Source: Betaproteobacteria bacterium
GTDB taxonomy: Bacteria > Pseudomonadota > Gammaproteobacteria > Burkholderiales > SG8-41
Reading direction: 5' to 3'
DNA length: 64,000 bases
Assembly (NCBI GenBank): GCA_900299145.1
Contig: OMIN01000149.1
Span: forward strand, 41,745-105,744
The notes under the pieces were generated by a model that was not told the DNA's origin, ran no database searches, and saw nothing but the letters and a program-made list of their open reading frames with translations. Made by a program: the position numbers and the translations under genes. Of the stretch, positions 1 to 8,503 are shown piece after piece. Within the stretch, counting starts at the first letter, position 1. Each line of letters starts with the position of its first letter.

Positions 1-361
1 GGGGTGTGCGTATTACGGACGCCCGCTGAATGTGTATGGGGAAGGAAAGGCGGTAAGGGACTACATTTATGTTGACGACGTCATTGATGCCGTTTTTCTG
101 GCGGCGGCTCATTCAGGGTCGTCTGTCGTCAATATTTCCAGTGCTGTCGGCAGCAGTGTCATGGACATCGTACGTGCCGTAGAAGAAATTTCAGGACGGA
201 CTATCGTCAAGCGGTTTATTCCAGACCGTCCCGGCGATGTCGAAGTCAACGTACTGGACAATTGCAAGGCTAAACAACTATATGGTTGGAGCCCCAAAAC
301 CACGCTTAGGGAAGGCCTAAGAAAAACCTGGGAACATATCAGTCAGGGGCCGCCAGCGTAA
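1..361 (+). CDS. NAD-dependent epimerase/dehydratase, C-terminal part (5' end outside window)
   Basis: YGEGKAVRDYIYVDDV and RPGDV...WSPKTTLREGL match the C-terminus of extended SDR sugar epimerases; visibly lower GC than downstream genes. Confidence 0.85.
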   Translation, partial: GCAYYGRPLNVYGEGKAVRDYIYVDDVIDAVFLAAAHSGSSVVNISSAVGSSVMDIVRAVEEISGRTIVKRFIPDRPGDVEVNVLDNCKAKQLYGWSPKTTLREGLRKTWEHISQGPPA

Positions 362-417
362 CGGGGGCCAGCCGATAGCTATTGCCGACCTAGGCGAATT
401 TAGCAGCGATGATTCGC

Positions 418-558
418 TCAGCAGTAAAACATATTCGCGAAGCGCAGCAGCATCTCCGGGCTGAGATAACCGCGAAACGCCAGCACGCACAGTGCGGCCA
501 CAATCATTACCAGTAGTGCAAGGGTCAGCGCCCGGCGCGTTTGCGATAGTGGCATCAT
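418..558 (-). CDS. Small membrane protein, 46 aa (MMPLSQTRRALTLALLVMIVAALCVLAFRGYLSPEMLLRFANMFYC)
   Basis: Read by hand, below the ORF-track cutoff; basic N-terminus, one TM helix, terminal Cys, GAGAGG upstream. Confidence 0.6.
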   Translation of the reverse strand: MMPLSQTRRALTLALLVMIVAALCVLAFRGYLSPEMLLRFANMFYC

Positions 559-716
559 GGGGTGAGTAAGCCTCTCATGGTCATGATGATTATCCCATGG
601 CCGGCGCTACTGGCGCACCGCAAAATGAGGCGCATTTTGCGCCTGTGTCGTCCGGTAGTACAAGTTTCACCGGCCTGCACGCGAATCAAGCCCGGCAAGC
701 GGGCTTTTCGGTGCAC

Positions 717-733
717 TGCACAATCAATGTGCG
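717..733. promoter_or_regulatory. NtrC-like enhancer box TGCACAATCAATGTGCG
   Basis: GCAC-N7-GTGC spacing, about 100 bp upstream of a sigma54 promoter. Confidence 0.55.
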
Positions 734-780
734 AAACCACGCATTTTCGAGACGTGATGGTTGGCGGTTAGACCTATCCG

Positions 781-812
781 TAACTATCTGATTCATATAA
801 ATAAATAGAATT
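781..812 (+). promoter_or_regulatory. IHF-like site TAACTATCTGATTC plus A/T tract
   Basis: One mismatch from the reverse IHF consensus YAANNNNTTGATW; lies between the enhancer and the sigma54 promoter. Confidence 0.6.
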
Positions 813-833
813 TTCCGCCCGAGGGGGCGAAGG

Positions 834-848
834 TGGCACGTTGTTTGC
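834..848 (+). promoter_or_regulatory. Sigma54 (-24/-12) promoter TGGCACGTTGTTTGC
   Basis: Exact TGGCACG-N4-TTGC match, oriented toward the GntR operon. Confidence 0.8.
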
Positions 849-852
849 GATT

Positions 853-878
853 ACTTGTAGCAAGATGTTGATACAAGT
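853..878. promoter_or_regulatory. Inverted repeat ACTTGTA-N12-TACAAGT, probable GntR/HutC-family operator
   Basis: Perfect 7-bp arms spanning the predicted sigma54 start site, just upstream of a HutC-type regulator. Confidence 0.5.
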
Positions 879-894
879 GATACCCAGTGACACC

Positions 895-1794
895 GTGCCG
901 CCGTCAGCGGCATCGCGTTCTCGGGCGGTGCCCGTAGGCATTCCGCCGGCTTATGGTGCGCACGCTTCCAACAAGACGCAGCACGCATTGCAGGGCACGT
1001 TCAATCCCGCGTCGCCCATGCCCCTTTACTCGCAGATCCGCGAGTTGCTGCGCGCCCGCATCGCCGATGGTGAATTTGGCGTAGAGGGCAAAATGCCTTC
1101 CGAAAACGACATGGTGAAGGCATTTGGCGTCAGCCGCATCACCGTGCGTCAGGCTCTTAACGATCTGCAGAAGGAAGGGCTGGTTTTCAAGATTCATGGC
1201 AAGGGCACGTTTGCCGCGAAACCCAAGGCCGTGCAAAGCCTGATGCGTCTGGAAGGGTTCGGCGAGGCCATGTCCGCATCCGGCCATGAAACGTATTCGC
1301 GCGTAGTGGGGCATCGCGAATTACGGCCCGGCTGTCATGTCGCATCGCGCCTCGGTCTGGGCGCCGGCGAAAAAGCCGAGGTCATGGAAATACAGCGCAT
1401 CCGTTACCTTGACCAGAATCCCATCTCGCTGGACGTGACCTATTTACCGCTTGAGATAGGCCGCCGTTTGATCAAGGAAGACCTGCAACGTCGCGATATT
1501 TTTCTGATCCTTGAAAACGACTACGGCATTGCGCTCGACCGCGCGGAGTTGCGCGTGGACGCCATGCTGGCGGACGCGAAGCTTGCTGAAGCACTGGCTG
1601 TGCCGGAAGGGTCGCCGGTGCTGCGCATTGAACGCCTCACGCTGGCCGCCGGCGGCCAGCCGCTGGATTTTGAATATTTGTATTACCGGGGCGATGCCTT
1701 CCAATACTTCCTGATGGTGGGGCGCCGCAGCCATGCGAGCGGCACTGCCTCCGGTCAACTACCCAAAGGACTAGGCAGAGGAGCCAAAAAATGA
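895..1794 (+). CDS. GntR (HutC/UTRA) family transcriptional regulator; start uncertain (865-1018)
   Basis: PLYSQI...MPSE...FGVSRITVRQAL...GKGTF winged HTH plus C-terminal UTRA-like domain. Confidence 0.9.
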   Translation: MPPSAASRSRAVPVGIPPAYGAHASNKTQHALQGTFNPASPMPLYSQIRELLRARIADGEFGVEGKMPSENDMVKAFGVSRITVRQALNDLQKEGLVFKIHGKGTFAAKPKAVQSLMRLEGFGEAMSASGHETYSRVVGHRELRPGCHVASRLGLGAGEKAEVMEIQRIRYLDQNPISLDVTYLPLEIGRRLIKEDLQRRDIFLILENDYGIALDRAELRVDAMLADAKLAEALAVPEGSPVLRIERLTLAAGGQPLDFEYLYYRGDAFQYFLMVGRRSHASGTASGQLPKGLGRGAKK

Positions 1795-3521
1795 ATATCG
1801 TGGAAATGCAGACCGACGTGCTGGTGGTCGGCGGCGGCACTGCCGGGCCGATGGCGGCGGTCAAGGCCAAGGAGCGCAATCCCAAACTCAAAGTCATGTT
1901 GCTGGAAAAAGCCAACGTCAAGCGCAGCGGCGCCATTTCCATGGGCATGGACGGCCTGAATAACGCGGTGATTCCAGGCCACGCGACGCCCGAGCAATAC
2001 ACGCGGGAAATCACCGTCGCCAATGATGGCATCGTCAATCAAGCCACCGTCTACGCCTATGCCTCCAACAGCTTTAAGACGATTCAAGAGCTGGATCGCT
2101 GGGGTGTGAAGTTCGAGAAAGACGAAACCGGCGACTACGCGGTGCGCAAGGTGCATCACATCGGCACCTATGTGCTGCCGATGCCGGAAGGGCATCATAT
2201 GAAAAAGGTGCTCTACCGCCAACTCAAACGTGCCCGCGTGGATGTGACCAACCGCGTGGTGGCCACGCGTGTCCTGCTCGACAACAAGGGGCAGGTGGCG
2301 GGGCTGCTGGGCTTTGATTGCCGCTCGGGAGACTTTGTCGTGGTGCGCGCCAAAGCGGTAATTCTATGCTGCGGCGCGGCCGGGCGCATCGGCTTGCCCA
2401 CCTCGGGCTATCTTTTCGGCACTTACGAAAACCCCACCAACGCCGGTGACGGCTACAGCATGGCGTTTCACGCGGGCGCCGAGTTGTCCAATCTCGAGTG
2501 CTTCCAGATCAATCCGCTGATCAAGGATTACAACGGCCCGGCGTGCGCCTATGTCACGGGGCCATTTGGCGGCTATACCGCCAACGCCAAGGGCGACCGC
2601 TTCATCGAGTGCGATTACTGGAGCGGGCAGATGATGCAGGAGTTTTACAACGAACTGCAAAGTGGCAATGGCCCGGTATTTCTCAAGCTTGATCATCTGG
2701 CCGAGGAAACCATCCAGACCATCGAACATATTTTGCACACGAATGAACGGCCGAGCCGCGGCCGTTTTCATGCGGGGCGCGGTACCAACTACCGCAGCCG
2801 CATGATCGAAATGCACATTTCCGAAATTGGCTTTTGCAGCGGCCACAGCGCCTCTGGTGTTTATGTCAATGAAAAAGCGGAAACCACGGTGCCAGGGCTT
2901 TATGCGGCGGGAGATATGGCGAACGTGCCGCACAACTATATGCTGGGCGCGTTTACCTACGGCTGGTTTGCCGGTACGAATGCCGCTGACTATTGCGCGG
3001 AACATGAAGGCGGTGCGGTCGATCAAAGTCGCATCAATGCGGAAGTGCAGCGTGTGTCTGCGCCGCTGGCACGCAGCGGCGGGCTGCCGCCCAGCCAGGG
3101 GGAATACAAACTGCGGCGCATGGTCAACGACTATCTGCAACCGCCCAAGGCCACGCGCAAAATGCAGCTCGCACTGGAGCGGTTTGCCGAGATCCAAGAC
3201 GACATCAACCACCTCTGCGCTGAAAACCCGCATGAACTGATGCGGGCGATGGAAGTACAGGTAATCCACGACTGTGCCCGCATGGCGGCCAGCGCTTCGC
3301 TGTTCCGCGAGGAAAGCCGATGGGGGCTGTATCACAACCGGGTGGATTTCCCCACACGCAATGATGCCGAGTGGTTCACGCATTGCCATCTGCGCAAGGC
3401 GGGAGAAGACGGCATGGAGAGTTACAAGAAGCCCGTCGAGCCTTATCTGTTCCCGCTGGATGACGAAGAGAAGTCTGCTTATCAGCGCCTGCGCGTGGTA
3501 GCGCCCGCGCAATCGGCGTAA
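1791..3521 (+). CDS. FAD-dependent oxidoreductase, APS reductase alpha/AsfA-like (SdhA/FrdA superfamily)
   Basis: VVGGGTAG FAD motif, EKANVKRSGAISMG, GLYAAGD and REESRWG motifs; ATGA overlap with the regulator. Confidence 0.85.
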   Translation: MNIVEMQTDVLVVGGGTAGPMAAVKAKERNPKLKVMLLEKANVKRSGAISMGMDGLNNAVIPGHATPEQYTREITVANDGIVNQATVYAYASNSFKTIQELDRWGVKFEKDETGDYAVRKVHHIGTYVLPMPEGHHMKKVLYRQLKRARVDVTNRVVATRVLLDNKGQVAGLLGFDCRSGDFVVVRAKAVILCCGAAGRIGLPTSGYLFGTYENPTNAGDGYSMAFHAGAELSNLECFQINPLIKDYNGPACAYVTGPFGGYTANAKGDRFIECDYWSGQMMQEFYNELQSGNGPVFLKLDHLAEETIQTIEHILHTNERPSRGRFHAGRGTNYRSRMIEMHISEIGFCSGHSASGVYVNEKAETTVPGLYAAGDMANVPHNYMLGAFTYGWFAGTNAADYCAEHEGGAVDQSRINAEVQRVSAPLARSGGLPPSQGEYKLRRMVNDYLQPPKATRKMQLALERFAEIQDDINHLCAENPHELMRAMEVQVIHDCARMAASASLFREESRWGLYHNRVDFPTRNDAEWFTHCHLRKAGEDGMESYKKPVEPYLFPLDDEEKSAYQRLRVVAPAQSA

Positions 3522-3542
3522 CCCGGATACCAGGAGAAGACC

Positions 3543-3776
3543 ATGCCATTAGCCCTCAACCGCTCCAGTGTGCCGGTCACTGTAGACGCAGAAAAGTGCA
3601 TCGCCCATAAGGGCTGCACCGTGTGCGTGGATGTGTGTCCGCTGGACGTGCTTGCCATCGACATGTTGAAAGGCAAAGCGTACATGAAATTCGATGAATG
3701 CTGGTACTGCATGCCCTGCGAGCAGGATTGCCCGACGGGTGCAGTGCATGTCGATATCCCGTACTTGCTGCGCTGA
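3543..3776 (+). CDS. 2x[4Fe-4S] ferredoxin, AprB/AsfB-like
   Basis: CIAHKGCTVCVDVCP and CWYCMPCEQDCP motifs; AGGAG RBS. Confidence 0.9.
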   Translation: MPLALNRSSVPVTVDAEKCIAHKGCTVCVDVCPLDVLAIDMLKGKAYMKFDECWYCMPCEQDCPTGAVHVDIPYLLR

Positions 3777-3788
3777 CCGGGGCGATTG

Positions 3789-4751
3789 ATGAATACGACT
3801 GCCATGAATGCTGTGCCGCAAAGTTACCGCGAGCGTCTGGCCGATGCTGATGCCGAGGTACGGCGCATCGCGGTGATGGAGCTGCCCTACAGCGATGAGG
3901 ACGATTTCATTGAATTGGCGCTGGCGGCGCTGGCGGATGTTGCCGCGCCGGTACGCGCCGAAGCCGCCAAGGCGCTGGAGGGCATCGAAGAAGACGCGAT
4001 TGTTCAGGCGCTGGCCGAGGCCTTGCGCGATGCGGACAACAGCGTACGCGAGGCGGCAGCGTTGTCGCTGTCGGAACTCAAGGATCCGGCCATGAGCGCG
4101 CACGTGATTCCATACCTGTCGGATGCGGATGCGTTTACGCGCGCGGCAGCGTTTCGCGCGCTGCGTGAGCTGCGCGTGCCGGGGGTCTTCGATGCAGCGC
4201 TCGCGGCCTTGCAGGATGCCAGCGAGCGTGTGCGGCGCGAGGCGGTGGCCGTGCTGGGCTACCTCAAGAACCCCGCCGGGTTGGGCGAACTGACGCGCAT
4301 TGCCATGAACGATGCCGATTCGGAAGTGCGCCGGGCCGCAGTGGGAGCGTTGGGTTATGCCACGGGTGAACAGGTGGTACCGGCGCTGACGCACGCCCTG
4401 AAAGACGATTCGTGGCAGGTGCGCGAAGAAGCCGCAAGCACGTTGGGCAAAGTGAAACCGCGCGACGCCGTGGACAAGCTGATCGTGGCGATGACCGACA
4501 ACTATTGGCAGGTTCGCATACGCGCCATACGCAGTCTGGGCCGCATGAAGGCGCGTGAAGCGGTGGGAGCCATCGGCGAGGCATTGACACACACGGTGAG
4601 CAATGTGCGCAAGGAATCCGCCATCGCGCTGGGAGAAATCGGTGATGCCAAGGCGATACCCGCGCTTGAGAAAGCGCGCCTCGATACCGACCCGGATGTG
4701 CGCAAGCTGGCACAACTGGCGCTGGTCACCATCGCCGGCAAGGCGGCGTGA
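3789..4751 (+). CDS. HEAT repeat (PBS lyase-like) protein
   Basis: About nine D-x-x-x-x-VR-x-x-A-x-x-x-LG type repeats. Confidence 0.9.
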   Translation: MNTTAMNAVPQSYRERLADADAEVRRIAVMELPYSDEDDFIELALAALADVAAPVRAEAAKALEGIEEDAIVQALAEALRDADNSVREAAALSLSELKDPAMSAHVIPYLSDADAFTRAAAFRALRELRVPGVFDAALAALQDASERVRREAVAVLGYLKNPAGLGELTRIAMNDADSEVRRAAVGALGYATGEQVVPALTHALKDDSWQVREEAASTLGKVKPRDAVDKLIVAMTDNYWQVRIRAIRSLGRMKAREAVGAIGEALTHTVSNVRKESAIALGEIGDAKAIPALEKARLDTDPDVRKLAQLALVTIAGKAA

Positions 4752-4825
4752 GAGCTGATGTGGATTGGATATAAGTATCTGTTTTTATTGAATTTTTATG
4801 TAGTGACTTCAAGGAGATCGATATC

Positions 4826-6283
4826 ATGAAAGCGCCAGGCCGACTGTCTCACTACTGCCGTAATGTTGTGCATTGGTTGCAGCGTGGCGCGGCTGTCTGC
4901 GCGATTCTGGTACCCGTTGCTGGCACTGCGCAAACGATCGAAATCGGCATCGGCACGCAGAACACCACCACCAACACAGTGACTGGCGGCATCGTCATCA
5001 AGGAAATGAAGCTGCTTGAAAAACATTTGCCCAAGACCGGCAAATATCAAAACGCGAATTTCAAAATCGATTGGCAAAATTTCACGTCCGGCCCGCCGGT
5101 GACCAACGGCATGATGGCCAACCGTATCCATATCGGCATGATGGGCGATTACCCGCTGCTGGTGAATGGCGCGACGGGCCAGCAATCGAAGAACGAAACC
5201 CAGTTGGTGGCGATCATCGCTTACAACGCGCATGGCGCGGGCAACGGCCTGGTAGTGCACAAGGATTCGCCGTACTACGCGCTGGAGGATTTGAAAGGCA
5301 AGAATGTGTCGGTGCCGTTCGGCTCGGCAGCCCATGGCATGTTGCTGCAGGCGATGAAAACGCGGGGCTGGCCGGAAAACTTCTGGAACCTCGCCAATCA
5401 AAGCCCGGAAGTCGGTACCACCAACTTGCAGGAAAAGCGTCTGGACGGGCACGCCAATTTTGTGCCATTCGCCGAGTTGTTGCCGTATCGCGGTTTTGCA
5501 CGGAAGATTTTTGATGGCGCCGAGACCAAGGTGCCAACCTTTCACGGCGTGGTGGTACGCAAGGATTTTGCGGAACAACATCCTGAAATCGTGGTGGCGT
5601 ACATCAAGGCGCTGATGGAAGCCAACGACTGGGTGCGCAAAAATCCCAAGCTGGCCGCCGAGAAAATTGAGGAATGGACCAAGATCGAGAAGGAAGTCGC
5701 CTACGTATTTCTTGGGCCGGGCGGCATACACACGCTGGATCCGACCATCAAGCCCAAGTGGTTGGAAACGATCGGTATCGCAGCGGATGTGCTGCGCGGG
5801 TTGGGCCGTCTGAAAGAGTTCAACGTGCAGGCGTGGGTGAACGACAAATATGTAAAGCAGGCGTTCAAGGAGCGCGGCCTCGACTACGACAAGCAACTCT
5901 CGTCGCTGTCGAACTACGAAGTCACCGGCAAAGACCCGGTCTGCAACACCGTAATCACCAAGCCGCGCGATGGCGGCGAAATCTGGCTGGAAGGCAGCGA
6001 GATCGTGCCGTTCAGCTCGCAAGGCTGCACCTTGCTGGGCGCGCGCAAATATACGGGTGAAGGCAAAAAACTGCGCGCGGTCTACTTGTATGACCGAGGG
6101 CTGGGCATCAAGGTATTCGCCGACAAAGCGTTCTATGCCTTTAGCGACAAGGAAGGCAAACAGGCCGAAGCGGTGCCTTTTCTGCTGAAAAAGGACGCGC
6201 AAGCGCACGCCACCAAAATCGGCGGGCGTTTGCTTACTTACAACGAAGTATTGGGTACGTCCGTCACCACCGCAAGCCGCTGA
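4826..6283 (+). CDS. ABC transporter substrate-binding protein (NitT/TauT/SsuA family) with C-terminal NosL-like extension
   Basis: Signal peptide; WQNFTSGPP, GMMGDYP and DLKGKNVSVPFGSAAH motifs; extra ~120-aa domain starting DPVCN. Confidence 0.85.
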   Translation: MKAPGRLSHYCRNVVHWLQRGAAVCAILVPVAGTAQTIEIGIGTQNTTTNTVTGGIVIKEMKLLEKHLPKTGKYQNANFKIDWQNFTSGPPVTNGMMANRIHIGMMGDYPLLVNGATGQQSKNETQLVAIIAYNAHGAGNGLVVHKDSPYYALEDLKGKNVSVPFGSAAHGMLLQAMKTRGWPENFWNLANQSPEVGTTNLQEKRLDGHANFVPFAELLPYRGFARKIFDGAETKVPTFHGVVVRKDFAEQHPEIVVAYIKALMEANDWVRKNPKLAAEKIEEWTKIEKEVAYVFLGPGGIHTLDPTIKPKWLETIGIAADVLRGLGRLKEFNVQAWVNDKYVKQAFKERGLDYDKQLSSLSNYEVTGKDPVCNTVITKPRDGGEIWLEGSEIVPFSSQGCTLLGARKYTGEGKKLRAVYLYDRGLGIKVFADKAFYAFSDKEGKQAEAVPFLLKKDAQAHATKIGGRLLTYNEVLGTSVTTASR

Positions 6284-6303
6284 ATCATCGCAGGATAACC
6301 GTC

Positions 6304-7248
6304 ATGTACGCTGCAACCATGCCACCACCGGATTCAACTACCGCCACGGCTAAACCCTCTGCAACGATTATCGCATTGCAGGGGCACGCGGCCGGCGAGG
6401 CGGCTCAGGCCAGGCCAGAGCCGCGTCCCTCGGCGCCATTTGCAGACCGGGTGGCGAGGTGGTTGTCGCTGCACGGTCTTAGCCTGCTGTTGTGGAGTAT
6501 TTCGCTGGGCGCACTGTTTGCAGTTTGGTATTTCGGCACGAAGTATCGCGTGGATTTTTTCATCCGTTTTACCAACATTCCGACGCCCACCGAGGTGTTT
6601 GCCAAAATTCTCGAGGTCAACAAATCTGCAAAGTACATGGTCAACATCGGCATCAGCGTGCGACGTATTCTTTCCGGGTTTTGCATTGCGATAATCGTCG
6701 CGGTGCCGATGGGGCTGTTGATCGGACGCTACCGCGCGGCGCGGGATTTGCTGTTGCCGGCATGTGAAGTGCTGCGGCCTATACCCGCGATTGCTTGGGT
6801 GCCGATGTCCATTATGCTGTGGCCCAGCAACGAAATCAGCATTGTGTTTATTACGTTTCTGGGTTCGTTTTTCCCGATATTGCTGAACACGGTACACGGC
6901 GTCACTGCACTCGATCCGGTTCTGTTGCGCGCGGGGCGCTGTCTGGGGGCAAACGAGGCGCGCATGTTCTGGCATGTCATCTTGCCCGGCGCTTTGCCGC
7001 ATATTTTTACGGGACTGGCGGTGGGCATGGGTGTGGCGTGGGTGTCGCTGATCGCGGCGGAAATGATTTCCGGCCAGTTTGGCGTCGGTTACTTCACCTG
7101 GGAAGCCTATTCGCTCATCAGCTATGCCGAGATCGCATTGGGCATGATTACCATCGGCGTGCTGGGGCTGGCATGTAGCGGCCTGATTCGCATGCTGGGA
7201 AGGCTCGCCATGCCGTGGGAGGTATTTACAAACAGGGGTAACCGGTGA
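6304..7248 (+). CDS. ABC transporter permease (TauC/SsuC family)
   Basis: LRPIPAIAWVP, EAA-like loop, LIAAEM, multiple TM helices. Confidence 0.9.
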   Translation: MYAATMPPPDSTTATAKPSATIIALQGHAAGEAAQARPEPRPSAPFADRVARWLSLHGLSLLLWSISLGALFAVWYFGTKYRVDFFIRFTNIPTPTEVFAKILEVNKSAKYMVNIGISVRRILSGFCIAIIVAVPMGLLIGRYRAARDLLLPACEVLRPIPAIAWVPMSIMLWPSNEISIVFITFLGSFFPILLNTVHGVTALDPVLLRAGRCLGANEARMFWHVILPGALPHIFTGLAVGMGVAWVSLIAAEMISGQFGVGYFTWEAYSLISYAEIALGMITIGVLGLACSGLIRMLGRLAMPWEVFTNRGNR

Positions 7249-8111
7249 GCCCGATTGCCGACGCGAAGGGCCTGATTGAAATTGGCGATCTGGGCGTGAC
7301 ATTCGGCGCGAACGGGACCGCCGTGGAGGCCATCACCAGCGTGTCATTGACAGTAAAACCGGGCGAGTTTGTTTCGCTGATCGGCCCTTCAGGGTGCGGC
7401 AAGTCGACGCTGCTCAATATCGTTGCAGGCTTCGTTAAGCCGACGAGGGGAACAGTGAAGGTGGATGGCTTGCCCGTGTCGGGGCCAAGCGCCAACCGCG
7501 GCGTGGTGTTCCAGCAGTACTCGCTGTTTCCGTGGCTGAAGGTGCGGGAGAACGTCGAGTTTGGACTGCGCATGCAGGGCATGCCCAGCGGACAACGCGA
7601 AACCATGGCGCGCACGCTGTTGGGGCTGGCGGGCTTGCTGGCATTTGAAAATCATTACCCGGATCAATTGTCCGGTGGCATGAAGCAGCGCGTGGGCATC
7701 GTGCGCGCACTGGCGACCAGCCCGCAGGTGCTGCTGATGGATGAACCTTTCGGCGCGCTGGATGCGCAAACGCGCGTGGTGATGCAGGAAATCCTGACGA
7801 ATATGTGGCAGCAGTTCCGGCTGTCGGTGTTGTTCATCACCCACGATATCGAAGAATCGATATTTTTGTCGGATCGCGTGTTCGTGATGACCGCGAGGCC
7901 GGGCCGCATTAAAGCGGAAATCGCCGTGCCGTTGCCGCGCCCACGCACACCGGAGATGACGTCTTCGACGGAATTCATCGCCATGGTGCAGCAGCTGAAA
8001 TCGCTGATTCGAGAAGAGTCGCTGGCAGCCATGGGTTCTGAACTCAAAGAAGGCGGTTTGTCCGGTTTCAGCATGTCGGTTGGGCCCAGCGGCGTGGCGC
8101 AAGTGATATGA
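7245..8111 (+). CDS. ABC transporter ATP-binding protein (TauB/SsuB family)
   Basis: Walker A GPSGCGKS, LSGGM signature, LLMDEPFGALD. Confidence 0.92.
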   Translation: MSPIADAKGLIEIGDLGVTFGANGTAVEAITSVSLTVKPGEFVSLIGPSGCGKSTLLNIVAGFVKPTRGTVKVDGLPVSGPSANRGVVFQQYSLFPWLKVRENVEFGLRMQGMPSGQRETMARTLLGLAGLLAFENHYPDQLSGGMKQRVGIVRALATSPQVLLMDEPFGALDAQTRVVMQEILTNMWQQFRLSVLFITHDIEESIFLSDRVFVMTARPGRIKAEIAVPLPRPRTPEMTSSTEFIAMVQQLKSLIREESLAAMGSELKEGGLSGFSMSVGPSGVAQVI

Positions 8112-8419
8112 CAACGCTCGAGAGGGACTTCGAAAAGCCGCTGGCTCTGCGCGTCATGGGTTCGTCGGGGCGGTTGGAGATGGACTGGGCGGGTGGGCGC
8201 ACCACTGCCGTGACGCATGCGAAATTAAGAGAACAGTGCCGGTGCGCGGTCTGTGTAGCGCGGCGCCAGTGCGCGGGTAGCATCAACGTCCCGCCAGATG
8301 TTCGACTGACCGATGTAACGCCTTTTGGGCCCAATGCCGTGCGATTGACGTTTAGCGATGGCCATGGCCGCGGCATCTATCCGTTTGAATGGTTGCAAAC
8401 CCTCGCGACGGCTGGGTGA
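8108..8419 (+). CDS. DUF971 / GBBH-N-like metal-binding protein
   Basis: LREQCRCAVC...FSDGHGRGIYPFEWL pattern; ATGA overlap with the ATPase. Confidence 0.8.
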   Translation: MTTLERDFEKPLALRVMGSSGRLEMDWAGGRTTAVTHAKLREQCRCAVCVARRQCAGSINVPPDVRLTDVTPFGPNAVRLTFSDGHGRGIYPFEWLQTLATAG

Positions 8420-8503
8420 CCGCTGCAACAATGCGGGAGTTTGTTGAGCAACCACGCTTATTGGAAGATAATTACCAGTTTTCATCGGAAATTTTGAGGT
8501 AAC

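Noticed and set aside
1791-3776. Succinate dehydrogenase/fumarate reductase or dissimilatory aprAB
   Set aside because: No covalent-FAD His motif, membrane anchors or SdhB-type subunit; no sat, dsr, qmo or aprM nearby
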